Shown here in pieces: positions 45,192 to 57,109 of a DNA stretch of 64,000 nucleotides. The notes beneath the pieces are model-generated. The model worked only from the letters and a program-made list of their open reading frames with translations, was not told the DNA's origin and made no database searches. Made by a program: the position numbers and the translations under genes. Origin of the DNA: Marsupella aquatica (Eukaryota; Plantae; Marchantiophyta); NCBI GenBank assembly GCA_973895155.1, contig OZ316896.1, forward strand, positions 7,957,539 to 8,021,538, in the 5' to 3' direction. Within the stretch, counting starts at the first letter, position 1, and each line of letters begins with the position of its first letter.

Positions 45192-48185
45192 ATGACTGAC
45201 CTTACGCCGAGGGAAGAAAGAGTGATTCAACGGGAGAGAGCTCGACTGCAGCAGCTCACCGGGTGGCATGATACACAGCGACTGAGAGGGGCAGAAAGAG
45301 CTGGTAGCTCCGAAACTGGAAGTGGCGTCGAAGAAGACATACCAGAAGAAGAGTCGGTAAGGAGAAGTGAGTCTCCAACCGACATGGGGGAACCAGAGGC
45401 ACGGCCAGACGAGAGGCCAGGGACCAGATTGAGCCAGCGGTCGCGCATACATTACAAGGCATTTCATGGGAGAGGAGATGAGGATCCGGACGAATGGTTG
45501 GATGATTTCGAGGGAACCGCTGCAGCAAATGGAGAATCGGCCATCAAGATGCAGATTCTTCCCGGCCTGTTCAAGGGTGAGGCTAGGCCTTGGTACAGAG
45601 CATTAGATGTGGAAGATCAAGCCATCTGGGATATCTTCAAAACACTCTTTGTTAAGGAGTTTCGACCCATTGGAACTTCAGAACTAGCAGTGCTGAAGTT
45701 GGGACAACTTCGGTTCAAGGAGAACAAATCCTTCAGGAAGTTCTTGCAACGCTTTCAGAAACTGGTAAGACGTACAAAGACCAATGCATCTGAAGGTATG
45801 CAACTTCAATGGTTGGTGAATGCTTTGCCACAGAAGATGAGTTTTGCAATTAGGAAGGAGAACCCGGAGACCTTAGCCGAAGCAATTAAGGATATTCAAT
45901 TATACATTAATGCAGATATCACAAGCCGGAAGAAACAGCTTAAGTCTGAGAGTTCCTCATCAGAGGAGGGATCACCCCATAAGAGAAAAGATAAGAAGAA
46001 GAAACATTCCAAGAAGTCTAGAAGTGATAAGTCAAGCTCGGATAGTGGGAGTAGCAAGAGTGAGTCATCTTCTAGTTCTGAAGAAGAAAAAACTAGGAAA
46101 AGGAAGGGCAGAAGGAGAGGGAAGACGAAAGTCAAGATGGAGGCTAAGCCACCAGATAACATCGTAGCCCTTACCGAGCAACTTAAGGCTATCATTGCAG
46201 AGGTAAAACCAAAGAAGAAGGTAGTACAGGAGGATAGCTCTGTATGGTGTGCCTTATGTTATAAAACCGGACACCATAAAGATGCTTGTCCTAAGCTTAA
46301 TACTAATCATGTTCGGCATGTGGCCGAGATCAGACCATGTCAGGGAGAAGTAGAGTACTTTTTGGGAGATGCCGCTGATAGTGTTTTCGGCATCAGTGAG
46401 ACTGGAGCACGAGACCTATCCAACAGACCTGCATCTCTGTGGTCAGGGTTAAGGAACAATCCAGGAGAGATGTATCCTCGGATTATTCAGAACCCGTCAG
46501 TACCTCCTAGGCCGAATGTGCAAAGATTTGCGGCGTGCTATAATTGTGGTCAACCTGGCCATTTTGCTAGAGAATGCCCGAATGCACGCAAACAGGGTGA
46601 TGGACAACCAGCTCAGCTATGTATGGGATGCCGACAGGAAGGTCATATGCTAGGGCAATGTCCTACTTGGTTGGCAGGCCTGGCCGCAAATCATAAGCTT
46701 TTGCCGATCAAGATCTTACCGCCAGGTACTACCCCCGGAGGAGTTCAAATCAACCACATCGAACTAGGATGGCAAGAGGATGCCGAGGCAGAGTTCGTAC
46801 CATCTGATGATGAGGCCGAAGCCCTATCAACCTTCTCAGAGGAGGATTTAGATCATGATTGCTACCGGGTCTCTACTCGATCTACCAGAAGGAAGGAAAG
46901 GTGGGATGGGCTGGCCAAAAATAAAGGGAAGGTTACGGAGGAAAGGATCGACTCTTCGTCAACATCAACAGAAGGAGAAGGGAGGGCTCCGGCAATACAG
47001 GTAAGCCATGAGCCCACCAGTGAAACCAATCCTTCACAAGATAGCGACTTCAATCGAGATCATCCTAAGTTGTTCTACCCCTCTGTTACGGCTAGTGTTA
47101 AGGAACAACTAAGAGAATTAGAAACCCTGGAGAATACCGAAGCCATTGCCAAGGATGTAAAACGAGCAAAAGCATTGTTTGCTTCGGAAGACCCAACAGC
47201 TGTGGAGACTAGCGTGGCAAAACTGGCCGAATCCAAGACGGAAACACCACCAGAAGAGAAGCCGATTGTTCCCTATGACCTGGCTAAAGATGTACTAGAA
47301 TCTAGAGTCTCGGCAACAGTAGGTCAACTATTGAAAAATAGCCCGTACTTCCGGAAGCAATTAAGGAAGGCTATTCTCGGCAAGCCGAGATTACCCAAGG
47401 TAGCAACCAGATCCGACGTACTAATGATAGAAGAAGATCAAGGAGCCCCAGCATTACCATTAATGATTCAAGGAGAATTATTACTACGGGTACCCATCGA
47501 TGGAGGATCAGGGGTATGTATTATGATTGATTCAACAGCAAAAGGGTGGGGTCTAACACCGGAGATGACTGGAAGAGTGTTGAACATGGCCAATGGATAT
47601 CAGGTCATTCCGACGGGAGTGTTAACCGGCATCAAGACAGAGATAGGAGGTATCTTCTTTAGCATTAACTATGTAGTAATGAAGCCGGTAAATCCTACGT
47701 CATTCCGGCTATTGATTGGTAGGCCATGGCTGTACCTAGCCGAGGTAATAGAAGATTGGGGTAAAAAGCAGTTCACTTTCGGGACCCCCTCTATCACGGT
47801 ATCCTGGGACACTAAGGATGACCGTAGGAAAAGCATAAGGGAAGTAGATGGGTACGATAGTGGACTGGAGTCAGCTGATGAAGTACGTTGGTTAGAATGC
47901 TTCACTAACCTAACCGAAGAAGGTGTCTTTGGACCAGAGGTACCCCCCAGCGGATTATGGCAAGAACCAATGGAAGGTGACTTGGAAGAAGAAGACGAAG
48001 AGGTCGAGGACTACTTTACAATAGAATCCACCTTTTTAGCTGCAATTCCGGAGGAAGTTAAGGATGTAGACCAATTGGATGAAACGGCTAAGTGGGGAGC
48101 AGTAGCAGGGACAGTGGATTTTCTGCAGGCGTTGTGGCAGAGCCGACGGGGTCCACAACGCCATCGATCATCGGCAAGGAATTAA
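45192..48185 (+). CDS. gag: Gag-protease polyprotein, 997 aa
   Basis: Capsid-like FHGRGDEDPDEWLDDF; three CX2CX4HX4C knuckles (CALCYKTGHHKDAC, CYNCGQPGHFAREC, CMGCRQEGHMLGQC); protease IDGGSG...LLIGRPWL. Confidence 0.92.
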   Translation: MTDLTPREERVIQRERARLQQLTGWHDTQRLRGAERAGSSETGSGVEEDIPEEESVRRSESPTDMGEPEARPDERPGTRLSQRSRIHYKAFHGRGDEDPDEWLDDFEGTAAANGESAIKMQILPGLFKGEARPWYRALDVEDQAIWDIFKTLFVKEFRPIGTSELAVLKLGQLRFKENKSFRKFLQRFQKLVRRTKTNASEGMQLQWLVNALPQKMSFAIRKENPETLAEAIKDIQLYINADITSRKKQLKSESSSSEEGSPHKRKDKKKKHSKKSRSDKSSSDSGSSKSESSSSSEEEKTRKRKGRRRGKTKVKMEAKPPDNIVALTEQLKAIIAEVKPKKKVVQEDSSVWCALCYKTGHHKDACPKLNTNHVRHVAEIRPCQGEVEYFLGDAADSVFGISETGARDLSNRPASLWSGLRNNPGEMYPRIIQNPSVPPRPNVQRFAACYNCGQPGHFARECPNARKQGDGQPAQLCMGCRQEGHMLGQCPTWLAGLAANHKLLPIKILPPGTTPGGVQINHIELGWQEDAEAEFVPSDDEAEALSTFSEEDLDHDCYRVSTRSTRRKERWDGLAKNKGKVTEERIDSSSTSTEGEGRAPAIQVSHEPTSETNPSQDSDFNRDHPKLFYPSVTASVKEQLRELETLENTEAIAKDVKRAKALFASEDPTAVETSVAKLAESKTETPPEEKPIVPYDLAKDVLESRVSATVGQLLKNSPYFRKQLRKAILGKPRLPKVATRSDVLMIEEDQGAPALPLMIQGELLLRVPIDGGSGVCIMIDSTAKGWGLTPEMTGRVLNMANGYQVIPTGVLTGIKTEIGGIFFSINYVVMKPVNPTSFRLLIGRPWLYLAEVIEDWGKKQFTFGTPSITVSWDTKDDRRKSIREVDGYDSGLESADEVRWLECFTNLTEEGVFGPEVPPSGLWQEPMEGDLEEEDEEVEDYFTIESTFLAAIPEEVKDVDQLDETAKWGAVAGTVDFLQALWQSRRGPQRHRSSARN
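48116..48175 (+). promoter_or_regulatory. Candidate programmed -1 ribosomal frameshift signal
   Basis: G GAT TTT in gag frame, 5-nt spacer, stem GGCGTTGTGG/CCACAACGCC, loop GCCGA complementary to downstream TCGGC; pol is in the -1 frame and overlaps here. Confidence 0.7.
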
Positions 48186-51100
48186 ATACCAAGGGATCGG
48201 CATACAAGCCGATTACGAGGGCAGAACAAATTGAGGCCCTATTAGAAGCCGAGAGAGCACAGTGGCCTAACTCGCAGGAGCAAGAGGTGGATGAGATGGA
48301 CAGACACGATCCAGAGCCAAGGCAGGAAGGGGAGCCGGCCACTAATTCAAAACTGAATAGACCGGTAAGGGGACAATCTATGGACACCAAGGAAGGGACC
48401 GACTCGGCTAGTCCAGCCGAGATCCCAGTTTATGGAGGTATGAGATTAGAGAGACTGGAAGCCGAACTGGACCCGAATTTGAAGAAGCAGATTAATATGA
48501 TCCAAGCACGGCAATATCGGAAGCTCGACTTAGGAGAGGGAAGAGAACTGAACTTAGGGAGAAACCTAGCGCCTGAGCTCGAGAAAGAGATCAGTGACTT
48601 ATTGATTGAATTTCAGGATGTGTTTGCATGGAGTCACCAAGATCTAAAGGGAGTAGATCCAACACTAGGGGAACATCGAATTGATCTCATGTTAGGAGCC
48701 AAATCATTTTGACAACCAATTCGAAGGATGAACCCGAAGTATTCCCTGCTGGTCAAAACAGAAATCGACAAACTAGTGGAAGCTGGATTCATCACTCCAG
48801 TCCTGCATTCAGACTGGGTGTCTCCAATTGTGATAGTTCCCAAGAAAGCTGGACCCGATGGTAAACCCAAGATCCGGGTTTGTCAGGATTACAGGAAGCT
48901 GAATGAAGCAACATTAAAAGACCATTTTCCTTTACCGTTTACTGATATGGTACTAGACATGGTAGCCAGTCATGAACTATATTCATTCATGGATGGATAC
49001 TCTGGTTATAACCAAATCAGGATTCGGCAGGAAGACCAAATCAAGACGGCCTTCATCACGGAATGGGGGATCTATGTCTTCAATCGTATGCCGTTTGGAC
49101 TCTGCAACGCACCAGCTATGTTCCAACGATTAATGGTGAATATTTTTCATGATTACTTGAGAAAGTTCATGGAAATCTTCATTGATGACTTTGCAGTATT
49201 CGGGAAGGCATCGAAACATGCTAAATACCTCAGGAAAACCTTCATGAGATGTAGGGAGGTGGGTCTCAAGTTACACCCAGATAAATGTTTTTTTGCAGTA
49301 ACCGAGGGGGTGCTACTAGGTCACAAGGTATCAAGGAAGGGCATTGAGATTGACAAAGGTAAGCTAGCAGTATGGCTAGATATCATGCAACCTAAGAACA
49401 TAAAGGATGTAAGATCCTTCTTGGGATGCATTGGTTACTATCGCCGGTTCATCAAGGATTTTGCCAAGCTAGCTTTACCATTAACCAATATGCTCAAGGC
49501 AGGAGCAGACTTCGAACCCACACCCGAACGAGTCACAGCGGTGGTAGAATTGAAGCAGATGTTAGTAGAGGCCCCAGTCATGATAGCACCGGACTGGAAC
49601 AAAGATTTTCATGTTTTTGTAGATGTCTCGGGCTTCTGTATTGGCTCAGTACTAAGTCAGTTGGATGAGAAAGGAAGGGACCATCCCATATACTTCGCAA
49701 GCCGTCAGCTTGTCGATGCCGAACGGAACTACTCTACCACGGAAAGAGAAGCATTAGGAGTCATTTATTCTTGTAAAAAGTTTAGGCATTATTTACTAGG
49801 GTACAAGGTAATCTTTCATACTGATCATGAAAGTTTGAAGTACCTAGTCAATAAGCCGGACCTTACAGGCAGAGTAGCAAGATGGATTTTGCTATTACAG
49901 GAGTTTGACTATGAGCTGAGGATCAAGCCGGGAAAGTTACATGCCAATGCCGACTTCTTTTCAAGGATCACAGGTAAACCTGCCACGGATTGCATCGATG
50001 ATCGATTCCCCGACGAGGAGCTATTCGTTGTGGAAATAGCTGGTACATGGTACCCTGAGATTTTACAATTTCTCAGCACTTCCAGATTACAGCCAGGATT
50101 AAGCCGAGAGCAAGCCGCAGTCTTTGTGCGGAAGGTCAGACAGTATCAGTGCATTAAAGGCATACTGCACAAGCATGGAATCAACGGCACGATTCAAAGG
50201 TGTTTGGAAAAGAGAGAGGTAAAACGAGTCCTACGGGCCATGCATGGAGAGGAGGCCGGAGGACATTTTGCCCCAGTAACCACGTCTAAGAAGATATTAA
50301 ATGCCGGTTACTGGTGGCCCACCTTGCACAAGGATGTCTATCAGTTTATCAAACAATGCGATCCTTGTCAATGAGCGGGAGGACCAAGGGCGTCCACCAG
50401 GCATCCACTGCACCCTATTCTACCTCTGGCACCATTCGAGAAGTGGGGTATTGATTACATTGGACCTCTGAAACCACTGACCCACCCTCGACGGAACAAG
50501 TACATAATCCTGGCTACGGATTATGCAACTAAATGGGTAGAGGCCAGACCAACAACGAAGGATGATGCAATTACTACGGCTAGATTCATGTATGAGCAGA
50601 TCTTCACCAGGTATGGAGCACCCCTAGAATTAGTTAGTGATAGAGGAACCCATTTTTTGAATGATATAATTAGTCGTTTAAATGAGCAGTATTTAGTTAA
50701 ACATAGGCCTACTACTCCCTACCATCCAAAGGCAAACGGGTTGACAGAACGAGCAAACGGAATCATAGGAAAGATATTGAACAAAACAGTAGCTCAGAAC
50801 AAACTCGATTGGGATGATAAATTGTTTGCTGCTGTTTTTGCTTACAATCTGGCCTATAAATCCACTACCGGTCATACACCCTTCTTCTTAACCTTTGGAC
50901 AAGAAGCCCTGGTACCCATGCAACTTGAGATACCGACATTTCAAGTTACAATTGAGGAAAGAGCCTCAGCGGAGGAGAGCCTAAAGGAGCGAGAATATAG
51001 GTTAGAAGCTTTAGAGGAAGCGAGAATGATTTCAGCCGAGAGAGTAGAATATAGACAGAATATCATGAAGCAGCAGTATGATAAAAGGTTAAAAGTAGTT

Positions 51101-51333
51101 AGTATTCATACCGGTGATCTTGTGCTACTTTATGACAGTAGGTATAGTAGGTTTCCAGGAAAGCTTTACACTCGCTGGTTAGGACCCTTTAGAGTAACCA
51201 TGATGTTCCCCAATGGCTCCGTACAATTGGCCAACATTACGGGAGAGGTATATCCAGTTCGCATCCATTATGACCGCCTCAAGAAATACTATATGGACGA
51301 AGATGAAGTTGTTCGCGAGGACGCTTCACAATT

Positions 51334-51346
51334 AAGTGGGGAGCTA
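51334..51346 (+). promoter_or_regulatory. Polypurine tract
   Basis: AAGTGGGGAGCTA immediately before the 3' LTR TG. Confidence 0.85.
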
Positions 51347-51461
51347 TGTGATGCCTAGACAGGAATCACTCGGCCGGTTAAGTGGGTAAAGCAGGAAGGC
51401 ACCCTAGGAACACCTTAGTATAGTGACAAAACAAGGAAAATATAAACAATTAGGGGCAACC

Positions 51462-54400
51462 ATGGAACCCGGGCAGAGGCCGGAGGTAAGGCTGAGGGTG
51501 AAAACCCGATTAGGGTTAGGGCGCGTTAAGCGTCGGCGGCTAGGAAGGATCAACGGGAAGAAGGACCGGCAGAGGAGAGGGGTAAGGAGCGCTTGCAGGA
51601 GATGGTGGCTCATTTGCGAGCACGAACTAGGCAGACGACTACGGGAGGCCAACTACTGTCAGCTGCTTAGGCAAGCACTCGGGGAGAGAGTAGATACCGA
51701 CGATCAACCTAAGGAGGGTATGAGCAACGTCAATCAAGCGGCACATTTCTGGGGATGCCTGTTCGAACGGGCAACTGAGTACATCAAGACTTACGAGGAC
51801 GAGGAGTCAGAAAGGGCAGCTCGAGAACGGCTGGAGCTCGCTCGATTGTGGGAGCTGCAGAAGACGGCTTTCTTAGGAGGCGAACTCATCAAGGACGAGT
51901 TCCTGTGGACGCCTACTTCCAATCAACTCGACGATCTTCTGTTTTGCAAAGACAGCGTCGTCGGCATCCGAGAGGCCATCAAGAACTGCAACGACATACA
52001 CTGGGAATTAAAGGGTAGCACGGAAAGGTGGACCCGGGCAACGGTGCTAGGAGAAACCTCCACGGCAGCAGAGATGAAGAGGAAGGGAGCCGTCAACGAT
52101 GAAGCCACCCCGGCAAAAAGAACGAGGTCGGCGGCACCAAAGAAGCCAGCCGAGCAGCAGAGCAGGAGGCAGGGAGAAGCCGAAGAGGAGGAGGTCGATC
52201 CCATCAAGGCCATTCCAACCAGGGATGACACCTGGAAGGGCTGGGCGGCAACCCTACCGGTGGAGGTGCAACTACATTTTGCACGGGAGGAGGATGCATG
52301 CTTTACGGCCATGCAGACCAAGAAGTACCAAGGCTTCATGGCCGGATCCGGCTTGGAGGCCTTTGTAAGATTACCATGGCTGAAGCCGGAGGTACCGGAG
52401 TCAGACCTATTAGAATTCGTGGGGTCATGGGAACCCGAGACCAATTGCACGAGGATATATGGGAAGGATTTCTATCTTACTCCCAAGGTGATTGCCGAAG
52501 TGTTTGGCTTGCCGATGGGCAATAAGACCAAAGTTGATACCAGGAAGACCTTGCCTGACAAGGAGTTCCGGTCGTTCCCCGGGCCATCAACGAAGAATGG
52601 CTTCTTCCGGAACACCTGCACCAACCCGCACATAGGAGAGATGATCGACTTCTTGCGGGTGACCATGCATTGTAACTTGCCGAGGGCAGAGATCGGCAAA
52701 GCACAGGTCTATCTGGCAGAAAGGCCAGACCCAAGCCGGGACTACAACGGGTACCTCCTCAACCAATTGAAGAAGATCTTAAAGGAGGAGCAGCAGGTAA
52801 TCGGCATGGGGAGCGTGTCGCGGCTTGGCTATCACATGCCGCTGTTGTGCCGGTATGCCAGAGGTCAGACTTTTGCCCCGGTACTTCCCCTGCAGGTAAG
52901 GGCACCCGAGGAAGCTCCAACGCCGAGGCCGTTGGCTGAGAAGCCTCAACCACCTGTTAGTCCTACGATCGAGCAGGTGTTTAGGCCCAGGAAGGAAGAC
53001 TTGCCGATGCAGCAACCAGGCATGCAGAGTCTGCTGAAACTACTGGAGAAAGAAAAGAAATCGGCATCGGCAACAACAACGGCAACGGCAACAATGCAGG
53101 ACACTACTACAGAGGTAGGCCTACACCGGCTCACAAGAGAAAACCCCTTTGCTGGAGACAAGGAGAGAATCAGGCCGGAATCCAAGCCAGGTGTTCGAAT
53201 GTACGTGGGAACCTCAAGCTCCGAATCTGAGGCAGAATTGCCTAAAGCTCCTACCAACGAAGAGGAGAGGGAGAAGCCGGACGTCCAAGAGGTAGAGGAG
53301 GCAGTGGAGGACTGCAGCCATGATAATTCCGGCTATGGGTCGGACCATCACGTTCCAGGAGTAAGGACTTGTGGCCGGTTTGTCCCCACACTTCCAAGGG
53401 TAGTACGAGGGGACCCCAACCAGCAGAGTAGCCCTGAGTCTCCCCCACCAGATGTTGCTCCCCCGAGCTTCGACGGCATAAAACAGACGGTGCAGGAATT
53501 TCAGGAGCGAATCAAGCAGGAGGAAGAGGCCGCCCTGGCTAAGGAAAAGGATTTACCAGGAGGAGATTGGCCGGAGGACATCAGGCGGCTAGCCGAAAAA
53601 GGAAGCAAACCTCTAGCCACGATTGAAGAGATCCGCAGGACGGCTTGGGAGCAGAGGCCACGATGGGCGATGCCGATCACTTCTACTTACTCCACCTACG
53701 CTAAGAATAGAGCCATGGAGTATGGTGAGATGTGTGGGGAACTTGCGCTCGGCATCTTTGGAGAGGAGTTGGAGGTAGGACCCTTTTTCCATAGGGAGCA
53801 GTTGGAGAAGCACCAATTAGAAGAAGCGGTGGCTTTAGAGAGAAGCAAGAAGGACGAGGTCATTCGGCGGCTTAGGAGGATGGAAGCCGAGATTGAAGAT
53901 CTAAGGGCGGCCAAGAAAGCCCAAGATGAACTGCGGATTAAACGACATGAGCTGAACATCATGCAGGGGCAGTTGGACGCCGCGCAGGCTGATAATCAGA
54001 ATATCAAGGATAAACTGACTCAGACGCAGGAAGAGTTGGCCGACACGATCAAAGAAAGGGAAAAGTGGAAGCAAGAGCTGAAGAATACAGAGGAGGCCCA
54101 CATAACAGCCAACAGCCAGGCCATGGCGGAGACCCAAAGAAAGGAATGGGCGTTGAAAGGGGAGCTCGAGAAAATCCGCGGAGCCCTTGAGCAGAAGGAG
54201 GTCGAGTTAGGGAAATCCTATCAAGGGATTATGGCGCTGCAGCAGGAGCTTGCGTCCCTGACGGCCAGCTTCAAGGCCGACCTAAGGGAGAAGGACGAGA
54301 TGCTCGAACAGACTTACGCCAAGATGAACCAGATGGAGTCTGTCATCATTGCAGAGCTCGACAAGGAGCTAAGAGCAACCCAGGAGGAGAGGGCTACCTT

Positions 54401-55367
54401 GAAGAAAGAATTGGAGGAAGCCCACAGGGAGCAGGAGGAGGCCAAAAACGAGCTGGAGGGGGCACGTAAGGACCTGGATGAAACCCAAGAGGAGTTGGAG
54501 GAAATCACGAGGAAGATGGAGAACCTACAGCGGCGGGCCGACAACCAAACAGAGCGGCTGAAGAAACAAGCCGCAGTATTTAAATGCTTAGCTGCAGCAG
54601 GTCCATCTCCTGTTGGGACAAACCAGTTACCAGGGGTGGTAACTCAGGGGTCTCACTATACGGATGCCTCCCTATCACCTGCGACGTTTTTAGGCCTCGG
54701 ACCCCCTAAAATGTAAGAAATTTTTTTATTTTTTCAACCCCTATAAAGTTGGAATATTCTTGGAATATTCCAAAATTTTGGTTATAAGGACCCTAAGTCT
54801 TCTTATAAGTCTCAAAATTGGATTTAAAAGACCCTATTGTTCTTCTCAGAAAATTCTTAAGTCTTCCCTTTGAACCAATAAAATGACCCTATACTTCGTC
54901 GCACGTGATATGCCATTTTTGTGGAAGTGAAACCCCCGAGGGTGGTAATTGCCGAAGGACAAGCCGCGCCACCTGCACCAGTGCCGGAGGTAAGTGGGAA
55001 GGGGAAGGGACCAGCTGCCGAGCCACCAACGAAGAAGAAGCGGAAACCTTCAGGGTCAAGGAGTAATACGACTTCACAGGCCGTGGTGATCAAGGAGGTA
55101 GACCCAGCACCGACCCCAGACAGGGTCACGGCTAAGGATCCAACTACCCTAGGGGAAGGGGAAGCCGAAGCCGTGGGAGTGGCTGAGGCCGAAGCCGTGG
55201 GTATTGCCGAGGCCGGTGTCGAGGCTGAAGCCGAAGGTGGACCCAGTCAGGCCGATGGAGAGTTGACTCGGTCAAGGGCAGGTAATCTGTCAGTAGGCGG
55301 GCCAACGGCGGTGGCTGAGGAGGAAGTATTGGGGGCGTCCATTGAGGATCCACCACCGGTGTCGTGA
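51462..55367 (+). pseudogene. LTR-borne ORF, 3' LTR copy, interrupted only by the MITE
   Basis: ORF track 51423-54716 and 54921-55367 rejoin at PGVV/IAEG when the MITE is removed. Confidence 0.88.
54643..54940. mobile_element. MITE / non-autonomous TIR element, 298 bp
   Basis: 15-bp TIR CTC(A/G)GGGGT(C/T)TCACT, 8-bp TSD GGTGGTAA, absent from the 5' LTR (empty site at ~43799-43806). Confidence 0.93.
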
Positions 55368-56303
55368 CGGTGCAAGGGCGCCGTTCCTTTTAGGGAGGGC
55401 GGACGTGGAGGGAGGAGGCGTGAGTGGACAGGGCGGGCACGGATCTCCACGTTTAGGATTAGGATCAGAACCAGGAGCGGCCCTGACACTTAGCTTAGTG
55501 GGATTGCGGTCCCACTGGTAGGAGCAACACTTGTGCTCCTGCCTTGCTGTACATAGGTAGATTCGGGCAAGTAGATTACTGTTAAGTAGATTAGGCTTAC
55601 GATGCAAAGAAGGGCGGATCCACTACCAGGATAAGTACCTGGGCAGCGGGGAGCTCAGGGCCTCTTCTTTAGCAAGTTTTTAGTTTGCACCAGCCGGGCT
55701 GGGATCAAGTAGTACGAGAAGCTCTCGGTTAGTCATACAGTGACCCTTGTGTATATTCATGTTTCCTCATGCCTAAGAGCTGAATAGAGTTGGCCTCACG
55801 GCTTAGTTCGCAGAACTTGTGTATGAGATGTACTGTTTGTATGGCAAGTGCATGGTATGACTCAGTCAGAATGAGTCATTTTGCTATTTGTGTGTCGCAT
55901 TAACTTGTGTGAAGAGTGCCCACATCAACAGAAGGAAGGAAAGTAAGCAGGGGAGTGAGAGTTGGATGTGTCGAGCTGAGAGAGGTCTTAGCGGCTTAAC
56001 CAAGCCTATTGGGGATCATTCCGGCGGCGGAATCCAAACATACCTAACAAGACGGAGGGGAAGACAGGGGAAGACAGGGGAAGACAGGGGAAGGCCTATA
56101 TTAGGCCGGCTACGTATCTCATGACCCGATGAAGGATCTGTCCAGTATATGTGTGTAAAATGTTAATAGTAGTAGTAGAAGGTTAGCAGCGTCCCATGCC
56201 GCTAAGCCGCGGAAACGGCCTCGCCAAGCACGAAACCTGCGGGAATCGGCTTGAGCTGGGGGGTTTCTTGGGTTTAGGGAGCCATGGGACGCACCACAGT
56301 TCT

Positions 56304-57103
56304 CCCCTGTCAGACCAGCGCCATTGTCTGGCCGGAGGATCCCTGTCCCACCTGCAGGCAGTTGACTCCCAAATTCTCCCTAGGAACGCTCTAGCCAGCC
56401 CTCTGTGCTCCCCCGTGAATCCTCACAGCACCTGCCCCCTAAGCGGAAGGTCTTTCCAGCCCCCTGTCTCCACCGACCATCCGTCCTGAATTGATCTCAT
56501 TCCCAAGCGTCCGCAAATAGCAGTGACTCCTACAATGTCCACATTTGGCAATGAATTGAAATCTACCATACATCTAATTGCATCGTTAATGCTCCAGCGT
56601 CCAGGGGCACCATATCTCCCAGGACAAAAAGCCAGATGGGCACGCAGCTCCTCCCAAGCCTTCCATAGACCACTTGTATACCTGAGACCACCGCCTGCCC
56701 TAGGAGTACAGAGCAAAAGCCTATCCTTGAACGTGTAATTGTTTCTTCTGATCACCTTGTAATTCAACCATCCCATTAAAGATAAGTTGGCTGCCAGCAT
56801 CTTCGACCATTCCCTGTCTGGATACTCTAGGGCCTTAGTGAACCATTGTGATAATAATGCATTGGAGTGGCTTCTGAAGTCCTTGAATCCCAGGCCGCCC
56901 TCTATTTTTGGAAGTGTCATCTTGTCCCATGCCACCAGCGGAATTTTCTTCCCACCTGCAGGATTATATCCCCACAGAAAATCTCTACTGAGGGCGTTTC
57001 TTGGCCAGACCCGCTGAAGCCTTGAGGTGCATACATGGTAGATTGGGATGGCCTGGAGCACGTGTTTGACCAATAAGGTTCGACCTGTGAAAGAGAGGTC
57101 TTA
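56304..57103 (-). mobile_element. Upstream part of the same 5'-truncated L1-type LINE (ORF2 fragment 56423-57073)
   Basis: LSFTGRTLLVKHVLQAIPIY...PLVAWDKMTLPKIEGGLG, typical of plant L1 ORF2 after the RT. Confidence 0.88.
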
Positions 57104-57109
57104 AAAATA

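Larger units (their letters stand above)
48092..51358 (+). pseudogene. pol: pol (RT, RNase H, integrase), one frame with two TGA stops (48710, 50372)
   Basis: DYRKLN, MDGYSGYNQ, MPFGLCNAP, FIDDF, ERNYSTTERE, HHCC zinc finger, SDRGTHF, GPF motif; stops are consistent with CGA>TGA. Confidence 0.95.
40511..56298 (+). mobile_element. Complete non-chromovirus (Athila-like) Ty3/gypsy element, family A, 15.8 kb, with giant coding LTRs
   Basis: LTRs 40511-45122 and 51347-56298, TSD GTTCT, PBS, gag-PR-RT-RH-IN order, PPT, no chromodomain seen. Confidence 0.97.
51347..56298 (+). repeat. 3' LTR (4952 bp including MITE)
   Basis: The 340-bp excess over the 5' LTR equals MITE+TSD (306) plus one 24-bp and one 10-bp repeat unit. 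Confidence 0.97.
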
